Sequence record: Ga0255770_10000666
Length of the DNA: 32,000 bases
Direction: 5' to 3' (one strand)
Source: a metagenome
Each line of letters starts with the position of its first letter. Position 1 is the stretch's first letter. Both the position numbers and the translations under genes were made by a program. Below, piece after piece: positions 15,407 through 24,923 of this stretch. Under the pieces are notes generated by a model, which saw nothing but the letters and a program-made list of their open reading frames with translations, did no database searches and was not told where the DNA came from.

Positions 15407-18277
15407 TTAAAAATCTGTATCCAAGGAGGCTAAAACATCGCGAATGGCGCAGACGTCTGGATGGTCGTCGCCGAGAAGCGCTCGTTGTAAATCCAACGCG
15501 CGCTCTAATAACGGCCGACCGCGAGAGTTGTCCTCGCGGTCCAAGTGACAAATGGCCAAATCAGTGAGCGTTTGTACCGTCTCAGGATGGTCAATCCCCA
15601 GGACGGATTCCTGGATGGCTAGAGCGCGTTCAAAGAGGGATTGCGCGCGGTCAAAACGTTCGCTTTCGCTGTAGAGCGTGGCGAGATCCGTCATGGCGGC
15701 GGCGACTTCGGGGTGGTGTTCTCCGAGCGTCTCGATGCGACGAGTGATTTCTCGCTCGAGTGCGGACGCAGATGAAGCGAACTCCGGGGAAATGTCACCA
15801 CGAACGTCTGCTGCTGTGGTCATGGTGGTTCCGTGATGATCTCTAGCGCCCGTCGGCGAGGTGAAAGATGATTGACCAACGTCGCGTTTTGCGGTGGACG
15901 TTGGGCTCGTCGCCGACGCCCACATTGCGCTCGATGCCGTGGGCGATCGCACCGTCGTACCTGTTCGTCCACGAATATTGTATGGATCTTCGAGCTCGTC
16001 GATGGCAGTCTCGATGACGTCTCTTATGGCGCTCTTGAGCGTTCTCGGCAAGTGACTGCGGACTCTAGAACCGACAATGTCGACGCAAGCCAATACGACT
16101 TTCACCGCCATCCCTCGCGCCTCGCCGTTGGCGCTGTCGAAACACCTCGATGCGAATTTCATGACGTGTTCGAGCGCGAACGACTCATCCTTGCGCGGCG
16201 CGTCCAATCCGTACGTCGGAATAAGCTCGACCATGAGCGTCAGTCTCCCGGTTAACACGCGCCAAAGACTAAGCTTTTGAACCGGTTTGCACAAGGCGTG
16301 CGCGAGGATTGAAACCCCACCCGGAGCGTCGCCAGCGAACGCGTGTAATGCTTCCCTAATGCTCTCGCGAAGACGCGGATTGGTGTCGCCCAGCTTGTCA
16401 ACTAACAATGAGATTGAGTCATCGACTGCATCCTTGACGTCTCTGGCGGAGACGTGGGCGGCGAAAGCCTTTGCGGCGGATGCCAACGTGATGGCGGCGG
16501 CGCACGTCACATTGGCCACCTTGTCGTTGAATAATCTATCACCCAAAGTCTTGCAGAGGGTTTGAAACGTCTCGCGCGGATCGACACCGAGAACTTTTGA
16601 AGCGTCTTCGCTCTCCCACGCGGCGATGAGACTTTTATTGATGGATTGTAAAGCGCTCTCGCGATGCATCCACGCGTTGCTGTACAACTTCATGACGACG
16701 TCTTCGCCGAAGGTGGCGATGATGGGGGCGGCGTTGACCTGCTCGGACGGAGAAAGCGGTGGCGGTGGCGGAGCGTCGTCGTCATTTGCTGAAGCCGCGG
16801 CTGCCTTCTTGGCGCTCTGCACTTTGTCCTCCTCTTCTTCTTCAAAGAACGCCGCAGCTTCCGCCTCGAGCTCCGGAGGAACACGCCTACCGGTGGCGAC
16901 GGCGGGAACTTCATCATTGCTCATCCCAGCCGCGCTGACGTCGTCTTCTCGGAATGAGTTTGGCTTTTCAATCTCCAACGGCGCCGGACGCCTGGGCGGT
17001 GGCGGCGGTGGCGCTTGAGCGCTGTTGGACGCCACGCTTGGCTTTCGCTCGTGCATCACCGCTGCGGGCAGCTCGGATGAAGAAACTGGTGGATCATTCT
17101 CGTGCGCTAACTCTCGCATCGCGTCCGCGTGCTTTGAACGGATCGGCACATCGTCAAACGAAAACGCTTTTCGCGTCGTCGGCGGCTGCGACGTCGGCGC
17201 GTCGTCGGCGCGAGTCTCGACGACTGGCGGCGAATGCACCGAAGTCGTGCCGCTCATCGAGCGTGCACCCGAATCACGCGGTGACAGCGAACCACCAAAG
17301 GCATCCTCGTAACCGGTCGCGCGAAGTCTATCAATCTCAATCTTCAACCTCTTGGCTTCGTCGTAATCCTCAATCTCCACTGCGCGCATCTTTTCCTCCT
17401 GCAGCGCCTTCACCTTGACTCCAAATTCACGCAATCGCGAGATGACGTCTCTCAAGCGCTTCGCCTCGTCGTAGTCTTCCGCATCCACGGCGTGCTCCTT
17501 CCTCGCGATCACCTCTCGAAGCTTTTCCTCTGTCATGGCGTCGACGCCTCTGCCAGCCGATGATCCGCCGCCCGTGCGATGTCCAAGCAAAGGCGCCCTC
17601 TCCGCCGACGCGCCGTTCCCAGAACCGCTCATCCTTCGTTGTGGCTTCTCACCCATGGTCTCACCGATCAACGTCAACCCCATCAACCCGATCTGTCGTC
17701 CCTCGTTCCTCGAGTTTTCGTGACACCCCGAAAACTCCAATCGAACCTCGACCGCATCCTTCACGTTGACATGCACCGTCTTCAACTCCCTCGCCTTGTA
17801 CCCACACTCCGAGTTACTCTCAAATCGCAACGTCCCCAACCGTTTCACGGTTCGTCTTCCACCGCCATCCAGTCTCGTGACGTATACGTGACACTCGCTC
17901 GCGATTTTACACTCGTGCGAGAGCAACTTCAACTGCCGCAACGCGCTCGGCGCGTCCAATCTCACCGTCGCGTACGCCGGGAACCCCGCCCCGCGCGCCG
18001 TGAGCCATCCCCGCGATTTGTTCTCCCCGCGTATGTGTAATTCACTCGCCGCGTGTCCCGGTTCCTACGTCGTTCGTTCGGTCGTCAGTCGTCACTCGCA
18101 TCAAAAGTGTTTGTTTCAAATTTCATCTTTCAAAACGTAAACGCGAACGTCGCGTCGTGCGTCTCGCGTCGTCACCACACTCACCTCGGACGAGCGGTCT
18201 ACGACCGTATACGCGAGTTCACGCGACTGCGACGTCGGCGCGCCTCGCGCGTCGGTACCGGCGACGACGAGCGGCAT
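15407..18277 (-). CDS. CEP104: CEP104/FAP256-like protein with a C-terminal TPR module; two exons, 18185..18277 and 15407..18064
   Basis: The N-terminal jelly-roll matches human CEP104. VVDRSSE|EPGHAASELHIRGENKSRGWLTARGAGFPAYATVRLDAPSALRQLKLLSHE aligns with VVVSSSGHEDGFSARELMIHAPTVSGWRSPRFCQFPQEIVLQMVERCRIRKLQLLAHQ. GYKARELKTVHVNV aligns with GCKARELKSVYVDA. The two EDYDEAKRLK/R motifs match the human DYDYAKKLK and DYDLAKEKK. A TOG-like HEAT region follows (LYSNAWMHRESALQS...DTNPRLRES), then kinesin-light-chain-type TPRs at the C-terminus. The track ORF opens on GTG at 17965, and the true N-terminus requires exon 1. Confidence 0.8.
18065..18184 (-). other. Spliceosomal intron (120 nt, phase 0) in the CEP104-like gene
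   Basis: On the minus strand the donor is GAG|GTGAGTG (18184 downward) and the branch motif is CGACTGACGA. The acceptor is the first AG, 18 nt downstream of the branch: ACGTAG|GAA, ending at 18065. This acceptor, rather than the later GGGGAG| at 18023, reproduces the conserved xELxI...SxGW block. Confidence 0.65.
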
Positions 18278-18398
18278 TTTGACGACGACTCGCCAGTCAA
18301 CGGCCAAAGTCAACGAAGAGCAGGTCCTAAAATGACGAGTCGTGAACCTTCAAATGTGATTCATCAAGTCTAAATGTTGCCTAGTGTGCTACTACAAA

Positions 18399-20543
18399 CT
18401 ACGAGTTGAGCCACGTCCACGCGTCGGCGAGCGGATTCTTCGTTCGCGCGCCGTTCGCGCGGTCGTCGGAGTCTATGTCTGATGTCGTCGAAGATATCGG
18501 TAGATGGCCTGTTGTCGCCGGACGCGCGTGGCGGTGTTCGAGAGCGTGGCGGTGTTCGCCGTAATAGTTTGGGATTTCGTCTTCGTCTTCATCGTCCGTG
18601 TCTGGGACGGTGCGCACGTCGAGGTTTGAGAGCGCTGTCGATGCGGCAGCGGCTTTCGCGCGGTGGCGTGAGCGGGTTGTGAGATCGATGTCGTCACCGT
18701 CGTCCGCGTACTGGTCTTCGTCTTCGTCTTCTTCGTCCTCGTCTTCAATGCCGAGAAAGTTGCGGATGGAGCGCCAACCGCGTCTCGCGCGGGCGCGCAC
18801 GCGCTCGTCGTGGAGGAGCGCGCTCACGGCGTCTTCCTCATCCTCTTCGTCGGATTCGCGATCGAGTTCGTCGTGTTGGATCCAGGCGCTTCCACCGGCT
18901 TTCACGCGGTCGTGAATAGTCTTGACGGCGGCTTGATACGTTCCCGGAATGTGGTCGAGCATCATGTACGGATCGAGTAAGACGTCGGTGAACGCCGTCG
19001 GATGCTTGTATTCAGCCGTCGGGGCGCTCGAGCGCACGTGTTTGAGATGGATCACTCGACCCGGTTGGACCATAAAGTCCATCGCGGAGTGGTCTCGAAG
19101 CTCGAGACCGACGACGTCTTCGAGGTCGTTCCAGTCTCCTTGACACGTGCGCTTACTTCCCTTCTTCTTGCGAGCCGACGTTGGCTTGAACTCTTCCGCA
19201 GTAGGCTTAACCGGCGATGTGATCGGCGTTTCCGAGTCGTTCATCGCAGAAGACGACGTCAGCGGCTGCGAGGCTTTGTCCTCGTCCTCGTCCTCATCCG
19301 TCGTTGCCGCGGTCAAGTCTTGTTTCGACGACGGCCTGTCTCTGCCGCCGAGAACGGACGAAACAGCTCGAAGCATCGCGTGAGACGGCGCGGCGTGGTT
19401 CAACCTTCGCAAGAGGCGGCGAACAGAGGCGTGGCAGAGTCTAGGAACCACATCGGCGCCGGCGACGACGCACGTGATGTACTCGCTTGCCTTGTCGCTC
19501 AAATTCATGCTACTCACGCTTGGCGCGGCGATGCAGACGCATTTACACGCGGCGAGTCGCGTCAAAACCTCTCTCTTTGCGTCTTCCTCAAATGCACCGA
19601 GCCCTTCCAGCGCGAGTTTCTCTATATCACTGTCCGTACTGTGCATCAACATGGCGATACACGCGGCGACGCCGCCACCCATGCTGTGCCCCGTGACGAG
19701 AAACTCAAACGATGGATTCTTCGCCAATGCCGCCGCCGCCGCCGGGATCATTCGCTTCACAACCTGCCACGCCGAGGCAACCATCCCAGCGTGAGCCCAC
19801 CCATCTAAAAACTCTACGCTCTCGCTATTCACATCCGTCAACGCGTCGTGAAGTTCCCACGTCCCGCGCACGGACAACGCCACCTTGCCTTCCACCCGAT
19901 CGACGGCAACGAATGAACTCGGCGAAAACTCCGTCCCGTTCCAATCCGCATCAATCACATCCTCCGTATCAATCTCACAACTCTTCGCGCACGCCTCGGA
20001 CGCCAACGCGTGCATCCTTTCGTAATCCTTCGTCGTCGCTCCGCTCGCCGCGGCGTGCGTCTTTAAACTCTTCAATTTTTCTCTAAAAGACGCGTCGCTC
20101 AACACCGAAGAAGCCGTCCCGTACGCCCCGATCGCGTACTTCACCGCCACTCGCACCGCTCGCAACGCGTGCACATCCGGTGCGTTCACCGGATTCGTTC
20201 GCGCGTCACCCTCTCCGTCCGGGTACAACTCGCGAAGTCCCCTAGTTTTGTTTCGCTCGGCTTCGCGTTGTTCATTCCACAAGACGAATCCAGCCATGGG
20301 ATCGAACGTCGCCATCCCGACGACACCCAGCGGTTTGAGCTCCGCCATGACGGACGTGTAGACGGTTCTCAGTGCGCGTTCGAGTTCGAGCCATCCCGCG
20401 GTGACGGTTTTGATGCGTCGCGGCGTGGACGTCGACGGTAACGATGATGTCGATGCGCGTTCGTCGTTCGTTTGTCGCACAGAAGATTCTTCTTTTGAAT
20501 CGCCGCCGTCGCCGCCGCCGACGGTTTTCGTTGGGGTGTCCAT
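18399..20543 (-). CDS. Class 3 (fungal-type) lipase domain protein with a long acidic C-terminal extension
   Basis: The Lipase_3 core has the nucleophile elbow FLVTGHSMGGGVAACIAMLM. It is preceded by VRGTWELHDALTDV and followed by AGADVVPR. The C-terminal half is low complexity and Asp/Glu-rich. The ATG at 20543 was verified. Confidence 0.8.
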   Translation of the reverse strand: MDTPTKTVGGGDGGDSKEESSVRQTNDERASTSSLPSTSTPRRIKTVTAGWLELERALRTVYTSVMAELKPLGVVGMATFDPMAGFVLWNEQREAERNKTRGLRELYPDGEGDARTNPVNAPDVHALRAVRVAVKYAIGAYGTASSVLSDASFREKLKSLKTHAAASGATTKDYERMHALASEACAKSCEIDTEDVIDADWNGTEFSPSSFVAVDRVEGKVALSVRGTWELHDALTDVNSESVEFLDGWAHAGMVASAWQVVKRMIPAAAAALAKNPSFEFLVTGHSMGGGVAACIAMLMHSTDSDIEKLALEGLGAFEEDAKREVLTRLAACKCVCIAAPSVSSMNLSDKASEYITCVVAGADVVPRLCHASVRRLLRRLNHAAPSHAMLRAVSSVLGGRDRPSSKQDLTAATTDEDEDEDKASQPLTSSSAMNDSETPITSPVKPTAEEFKPTSARKKKGSKRTCQGDWNDLEDVVGLELRDHSAMDFMVQPGRVIHLKHVRSSAPTAEYKHPTAFTDVLLDPYMMLDHIPGTYQAAVKTIHDRVKAGGSAWIQHDELDRESDEEDEEDAVSALLHDERVRARARRGWRSIRNFLGIEDEDEEDEDEDQYADDGDDIDLTTRSRHRAKAAAASTALSNLDVRTVPDTDDEDEDEIPNYYGEHRHALEHRHARPATTGHLPISSTTSDIDSDDRANGARTKNPLADAWTWLNS

Positions 20544-20655
20544 GATGCGAGACGACTACGACTACGACGAGCGTGACTGTGCGTCGTCAGACGTGATTGT
20601 CACCGGACTCGCGCGTCGAAGTGAGGCGACGCACGAATGAAATTGAGTTTTGTTC

Positions 20656-22140
20656 TTACACCACTGTGGCAACCGTCATCCCGTCGCTTTGCGCGCGTTG
20701 AGGATGAAAGCTTTGGCTAAAACCGATCGCGATGAACGTCTCAATCGCGCTAGACGATGCGACTAGGAAAGATTTACGAGCGCCGAGACGAAGTTCGACG
20801 CGACGACCGCGACGCAGTCGCGTCTCGGCGACGACTTCGTGCGACGATAATCTAAGAGAGTACGAAGACGCCGCACCGTCGCCGGTGAGTTTGAGGGCGT
20901 ACTTGGTGAGCGGGATTGAAAATGAGACTGTGGTCTTCATCTTGGCGGCATTCTCGCGAGAGGACGTCTTGAAATCGCGGCCGAGCTCGAGCTCTAGTCC
21001 GCGCGTCTGTCCCGCCTTGTCCAATTTGGACTTTGCGATGATTTGCGCGCGCGTTGTCGAGTTTAATTTGGCCCGAACGGCGAGACGAACGGCGTGCGAT
21101 TTCACGATATCTGACGTGGCTCGAAACTTGACGTCGATCGCATCGCGTAAAGGGTGAGATGATTCCGGGTTCGGCGAAGGAGGCTTGGAATTCGCCGTGA
21201 CGACAGCGCGCGCCGACGCCTTTTCAAAATTGTACGCGTACTGCGCCTTGGCTGCATTCGTTCGAGGCGTCGCCGCCCTCTTCTCAGTCTTCCTCTCAGT
21301 CTTTGCCTCGCTCGGCTCCGTTCCCTTTGGCTTACCTTCCTCGCTCGAGTTCACGCCGTGAAGTAGCCGAAAGGCGTCGTACTGCTTGGTCGGCGTCCCG
21401 AATGAAAACGAAGCCGATGTCGCTCGCGTCGCGGTGACCAACCCGCGATCCAGCCGACCCTTCACGCTCTGCCTAAACTCCATCCCAAACTCCTGATGCA
21501 CGCTTCCGAGTTCTAATTCAACTTCCTTCGTCAGCGTGTGCGCGTTCACCGTGGCGTGAAACGCCTTGTAGTCCTCATCTAAACCGTCGGCGGTTGCGAA
21601 TCGCCGCTCCACGTCCGCCTCCACGTCCCATCTCGACCGCACCGGATCGCCCTCGGGCTCACAATCGCTCGTCGCTTGCACCACACACCGTCGTCCACGC
21701 CCTAAGTCGTGCGTCGTCACCACAGACATTGCCGCGTCGTTCTTTTTAACCTTTTTCGATCCGCCTCCGTCCTCGACTGACGTAGACGGCTCCTCCTCCC
21801 CATCCTTCCCGCCACCGCCACCGCCACCGCCTCCTTTGCACCACTTTGGCACGTACCGCTCCGCACACGCGATCGCACTAGTCCGATCCGCATCGCCGAC
21901 GAACCCAACGCGTCGTCGCGTCGTCGTCGTCGTCGCCGCCGCCGCCGCCGTCTCAGAACGCCGAGCCTCCAGACGCGCGCGGTGTCGCCCGCCGCCGCCC
22001 GCGCGAACGCTCACCCGTTTCCCGTCTTCCCCGCGCGCGGGACGAGACGCGTCGTCGCGAAATAGCGGCGCTAATAAATCCGTCGACCGCACCGCTCCGT
22101 CGTCGTCATCGGTGTCGTCATCGCCACCACCACCCGTCAT
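20656..22140 (-). CDS. Hypothetical protein (494 aa): low-complexity N-terminus with a Gly9 run, and a C-terminal half with alternating beta-strand-like periodicity
   Basis: This is a long ATG-initiated ORF (ATG at 22140 verified) with normal codon bias and non-repetitive composition over its last 350 or so residues. I recognise no family. Confidence 0.55.
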   Translation of the reverse strand: MTGGGGDDDTDDDDGAVRSTDLLAPLFRDDASRPARGEDGKRVSVRAGGGGRHRARLEARRSETAAAAATTTTTRRRVGFVGDADRTSAIACAERYVPKWCKGGGGGGGGGKDGEEEPSTSVEDGGGSKKVKKNDAAMSVVTTHDLGRGRRCVVQATSDCEPEGDPVRSRWDVEADVERRFATADGLDEDYKAFHATVNAHTLTKEVELELGSVHQEFGMEFRQSVKGRLDRGLVTATRATSASFSFGTPTKQYDAFRLLHGVNSSEEGKPKGTEPSEAKTERKTEKRAATPRTNAAKAQYAYNFEKASARAVVTANSKPPSPNPESSHPLRDAIDVKFRATSDIVKSHAVRLAVRAKLNSTTRAQIIAKSKLDKAGQTRGLELELGRDFKTSSRENAAKMKTTVSFSIPLTKYALKLTGDGAASSYSLRLSSHEVVAETRLRRGRRVELRLGARKSFLVASSSAIETFIAIGFSQSFHPQRAQSDGMTVATVV

Positions 22141-22323
22141 GTGCGTAACGAACGAACGCGGCGCGGTTCGTTACGCACCGCACCGCGCGACCGCACGACC
22201 GCGCGACCGCGTCCCCGACGACGACCGACGAGGCGAACGAACGAAACCCACCGAACGACCGCCGTCGGTTCGGTCGATCCCCCGCGACGTCGCGCGACGT
22301 CGCGTCGCGTTATCGGTACCCAA

Positions 22324-22339
22324 ACACACACACACACAC
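22324..22339. repeat. (AC)8 microsatellite inside a 150-nt C/A-rich, G-poor tract (about 22318-22465)
   Basis: Direct reading gives ACACACACACACACAC, followed by degenerate CA-rich sequence. Confidence 0.9.
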
Positions 22340-22696
22340 GCATCACCTTCCACAGAAATACCATCAAGTCATACACACGTATATACCCTTAAAACACACA
22401 CAACACGTACTATGTATATAAAATACAAAACAAGTCCATCAAACACAATCACACGCATACAGCCCGCGGTTGAAAAAGAGACCGCCGCGCGTCCTCCGAG
22501 GACGGACGGACGTGTGGAAGTGTACGAACAGTGCATATGTACAAACAGTACCAACCACATTAAAATGTCGTTCCCGGAGAAAACGTACGGCTCACATCGC
22601 CCGACGCCCGCGTGTCGAGTCTCGATCGCCGGGGACCCGCGATCGGTGAAAACCACCGATCGATGACGAAACGAGGTTTAAATCTCGGAAAATATA

Positions 22697-22764
22697 GGGT
22701 CGGGTCGGGTCGGGTCGATCGGGTCGATCGCTCGGTCGGTCGGTCGGTCGGTCGGATCGATCGC
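22697..22764. repeat. Compound simple repeat: (GGGTC)3, (GGGTCGATC)2, (GGTC)n, GATCGATCG
   Basis: Direct reading gives GGGTCGGGTCGGGTCGGGTCGATCGGGTCGATCGCTCGGTCGGTCGGTCGGTCGGTCGGATCGATCG. Confidence 0.9.
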
Positions 22765-23021
22765 GAAGATTCGTGGTCGTCGTCGTCGCGCGCGCACCGT
22801 TGGTTCCATCGCTCGGTTCGTTGGTCCCGTTCGGGTGTGTCGTTCGTTCGCGCGTCAGTGTTCGGACGGACGAGAGACGACGAACCGAGCGACGGCGCGC
22901 GGGGCGGAAACGGGACCGTCACCGGGGAGACGACGTGACGCGCGCGTCGGACCGTCGGCGCGTCGAACCGTCGGACCGGGCGTCGTCGTTCGGGACGCGG
23001 ACGCGAAGGCGAAGGTTCGCT

Positions 23022-23066
23022 TTTGGACTGGATTTATTTATCCATTTGGACTGGATTATCCATTCG
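23022..23066. repeat. Tandem duplication of a roughly 23-bp unit TTTGGACTGGATT...TTATCCATT
   Basis: TTTGGACTGGATT occurs at 23022-23034 and again at 23045-23057. Each copy is followed by TTATCCATT. The repeat lies 200-250 nt upstream of the RING gene ATG. Confidence 0.8.
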
Positions 23067-23268
23067 GGTGAGAGCGCGTTCGTTCGTTCGTCATCTTCGT
23101 CGTCTTCTCGGCCGAATACGCGCCGGGCGATCGATAGATTGCGTCGCGCGTCGCGCGTCGCGTTCGTCGTCTTCGGGGGGGGTCGATCGGGGATCACCGC
23201 GGCTGAGTCAGACGCGCGCGCTTTTTCTGAACGCGGCGCGTCCGCCCGAGGACGAATAGAGGAAGGAA

Positions 23269-24483
23269 ATGTCGGACGGCGGCGGTGGATCGCCACGATC
23301 GCGCGCGATGGGAAGGATGTCTTCTACGAGCTCGATTCCGGAATTCGTCGAGGTGCGTGGGATGTATTACGACGCGATGGTGGAACTGTGCGGGGGCGAG
23401 CTCGAGGACTCGGGGTACCGGGAGACTTCGAATAAGTTTTGGAAAATTTCAGAGGAAGCGGGAGGCGTGGGGGATCGGAATCTCGAGTGTGAAGCGGCGC
23501 TGATTGCAATGGAGATTGAAATCAACGCTGTGAGACGAATGCATGTGAACGTGGAGCTGCTGGATGTGGAGAAGTTCCACGCGGCGACAAAGGAAATGGT
23601 TCGGATGGCGTACGATTTGGAGGATAAGATTTCAGAGACGCGGGCGCACGTGGTGTCGGGTGACTTTTATTCTTTAATGATTCGAAACGATGAAGCCGCG
23701 ATGGAGCACTACGGGATGGCTAGAGCGCTGGCGCAAGAAAAAGGAATCGTCCCGCTCGAGCTCGAGGCGTGCAGACGCATGCGCTGGACGATGAGCGCGA
23801 GAGGAAAGATTGACGAGGCGGTGACGCTCTCGCACGAGGTGCTTCGATTGGCTCGAGTGTACACGCAAACGATGAGCGAAGAGTCGCCGACTCCGACGTC
23901 TAAGACGTCTCAAGTTGCATCCATGGTTCGTGAACACTGGTATCTCGGTGGATACATCAACCAAGAGGTGTACGCGCTCAAGGAGCACGGATGCGTGCTT
24001 CGAGGAGAAACGAAGCTCTTGGCTCGACCAATCATCGTAGATACGCATCAAGGTGAAGCGGCGGCGACGTTTGAAGACGCTCTCGTCGCCCTGGAAACGC
24101 ACTGGAAAGACGTCGACATGAGCTTTGAGACAGACTCTGACGGCGCCGCCATCTATTTATCGCTTCTCGCGCATTTGGCTGATTTGTACGACAACCATCT
24201 CGGCCCGAGCGAGGACAATCACTCCAAAGCAGTTGATTATCGTCGTCGGTACGACGAATTGTCCTCGGGAACATTTGGCTCGAACGTTGAATGTCTGCTC
24301 TGTCACGAACCTCTCGGCGGTTTGGATGTCGACGACGCACGTGTCAAGCTCACGTACGCTTGGTACGCGTGCGCGTCGTCGCACCATTACCACACGCAAT
24401 GCATAGAATCTTCCGAGCGAACGCGAGCAGATTACTGCTGTCTCGCGTGTCGTGCGGCGAGATTCGAAGTTGCGACGGGTTAA
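23269..24483 (+). CDS. TPR-like helical protein with a C-terminal RING-H2 zinc finger (putative E3 ubiquitin ligase)
   Basis: The C-terminus is CLLC-x22-C-ASS-H-HY-H-TQ-C-x12-C-LA-C, which fits the RING-H2 consensus C-x2-C-x(9-39)-C-x(1-3)-H-x2-H-x2-C-x(4-48)-C-x2-C. The ATG at 23269 was verified and is the first ATG after 603 ATG-free nt. Confidence 0.7.
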   Translation: MSDGGGGSPRSRAMGRMSSTSSIPEFVEVRGMYYDAMVELCGGELEDSGYRETSNKFWKISEEAGGVGDRNLECEAALIAMEIEINAVRRMHVNVELLDVEKFHAATKEMVRMAYDLEDKISETRAHVVSGDFYSLMIRNDEAAMEHYGMARALAQEKGIVPLELEACRRMRWTMSARGKIDEAVTLSHEVLRLARVYTQTMSEESPTPTSKTSQVASMVREHWYLGGYINQEVYALKEHGCVLRGETKLLARPIIVDTHQGEAAATFEDALVALETHWKDVDMSFETDSDGAAIYLSLLAHLADLYDNHLGPSEDNHSKAVDYRRRYDELSSGTFGSNVECLLCHEPLGGLDVDDARVKLTYAWYACASSHHYHTQCIESSERTRADYCCLACRAARFEVATG

Positions 24484-24923
24484 ACAAACCCAAAGGTGAC
24501 GAGTGTCGGTCGCCGTCTGACACGCACCATAAAAGGGCAAATGATTCAACTCCAATTCCATCCCTGATTCATTCATTAGTTGCTGCACGCATAAGCATTA
24601 TCGAGTGTGTTTCTTCCACGAGCGTGGACGACAAAAGAATAGAGCAAAACATATTCTCACATCCGACGCCATCTGATTTGATGCATCGGTCGCTGTACTC
24701 ATACTTCGATCGCGAGTGTTGCACTCGCGTGGGCGCATAATTGATTCATTCATACCGGTACCGCATTTATGACAACAAATTTCGTGACTGTATCATTCAC
24801 CATTCCACCATTATTTCACTCTTCATGTAATACCACTTGGCCGCGAAAAACTAAATTTAGAACTTCATAACGCGACTCTCTCGCGTGATCCGAGTGCGCG
24901 CGCCTCGGGCAGCGTCGACCGAG

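Noticed and set aside
22697-22764. A repeat array checked as a possible CRISPR-like or minisatellite structure.
   Set aside because: The units are 4-9 bp and contiguous with no spacers. It is a compound microsatellite in a eukaryotic spacer, not a CRISPR array.
23068-23250. A 5' UTR intron upstream of the RING gene (GTGAGA donor at 23068, CTGAAC branch-like motif, CCGAG acceptor at about 23250).
   Set aside because: The donor and branch deviate from the strict grammar of the supported introns, and there is no coding constraint to test it. It needs RNA-seq.
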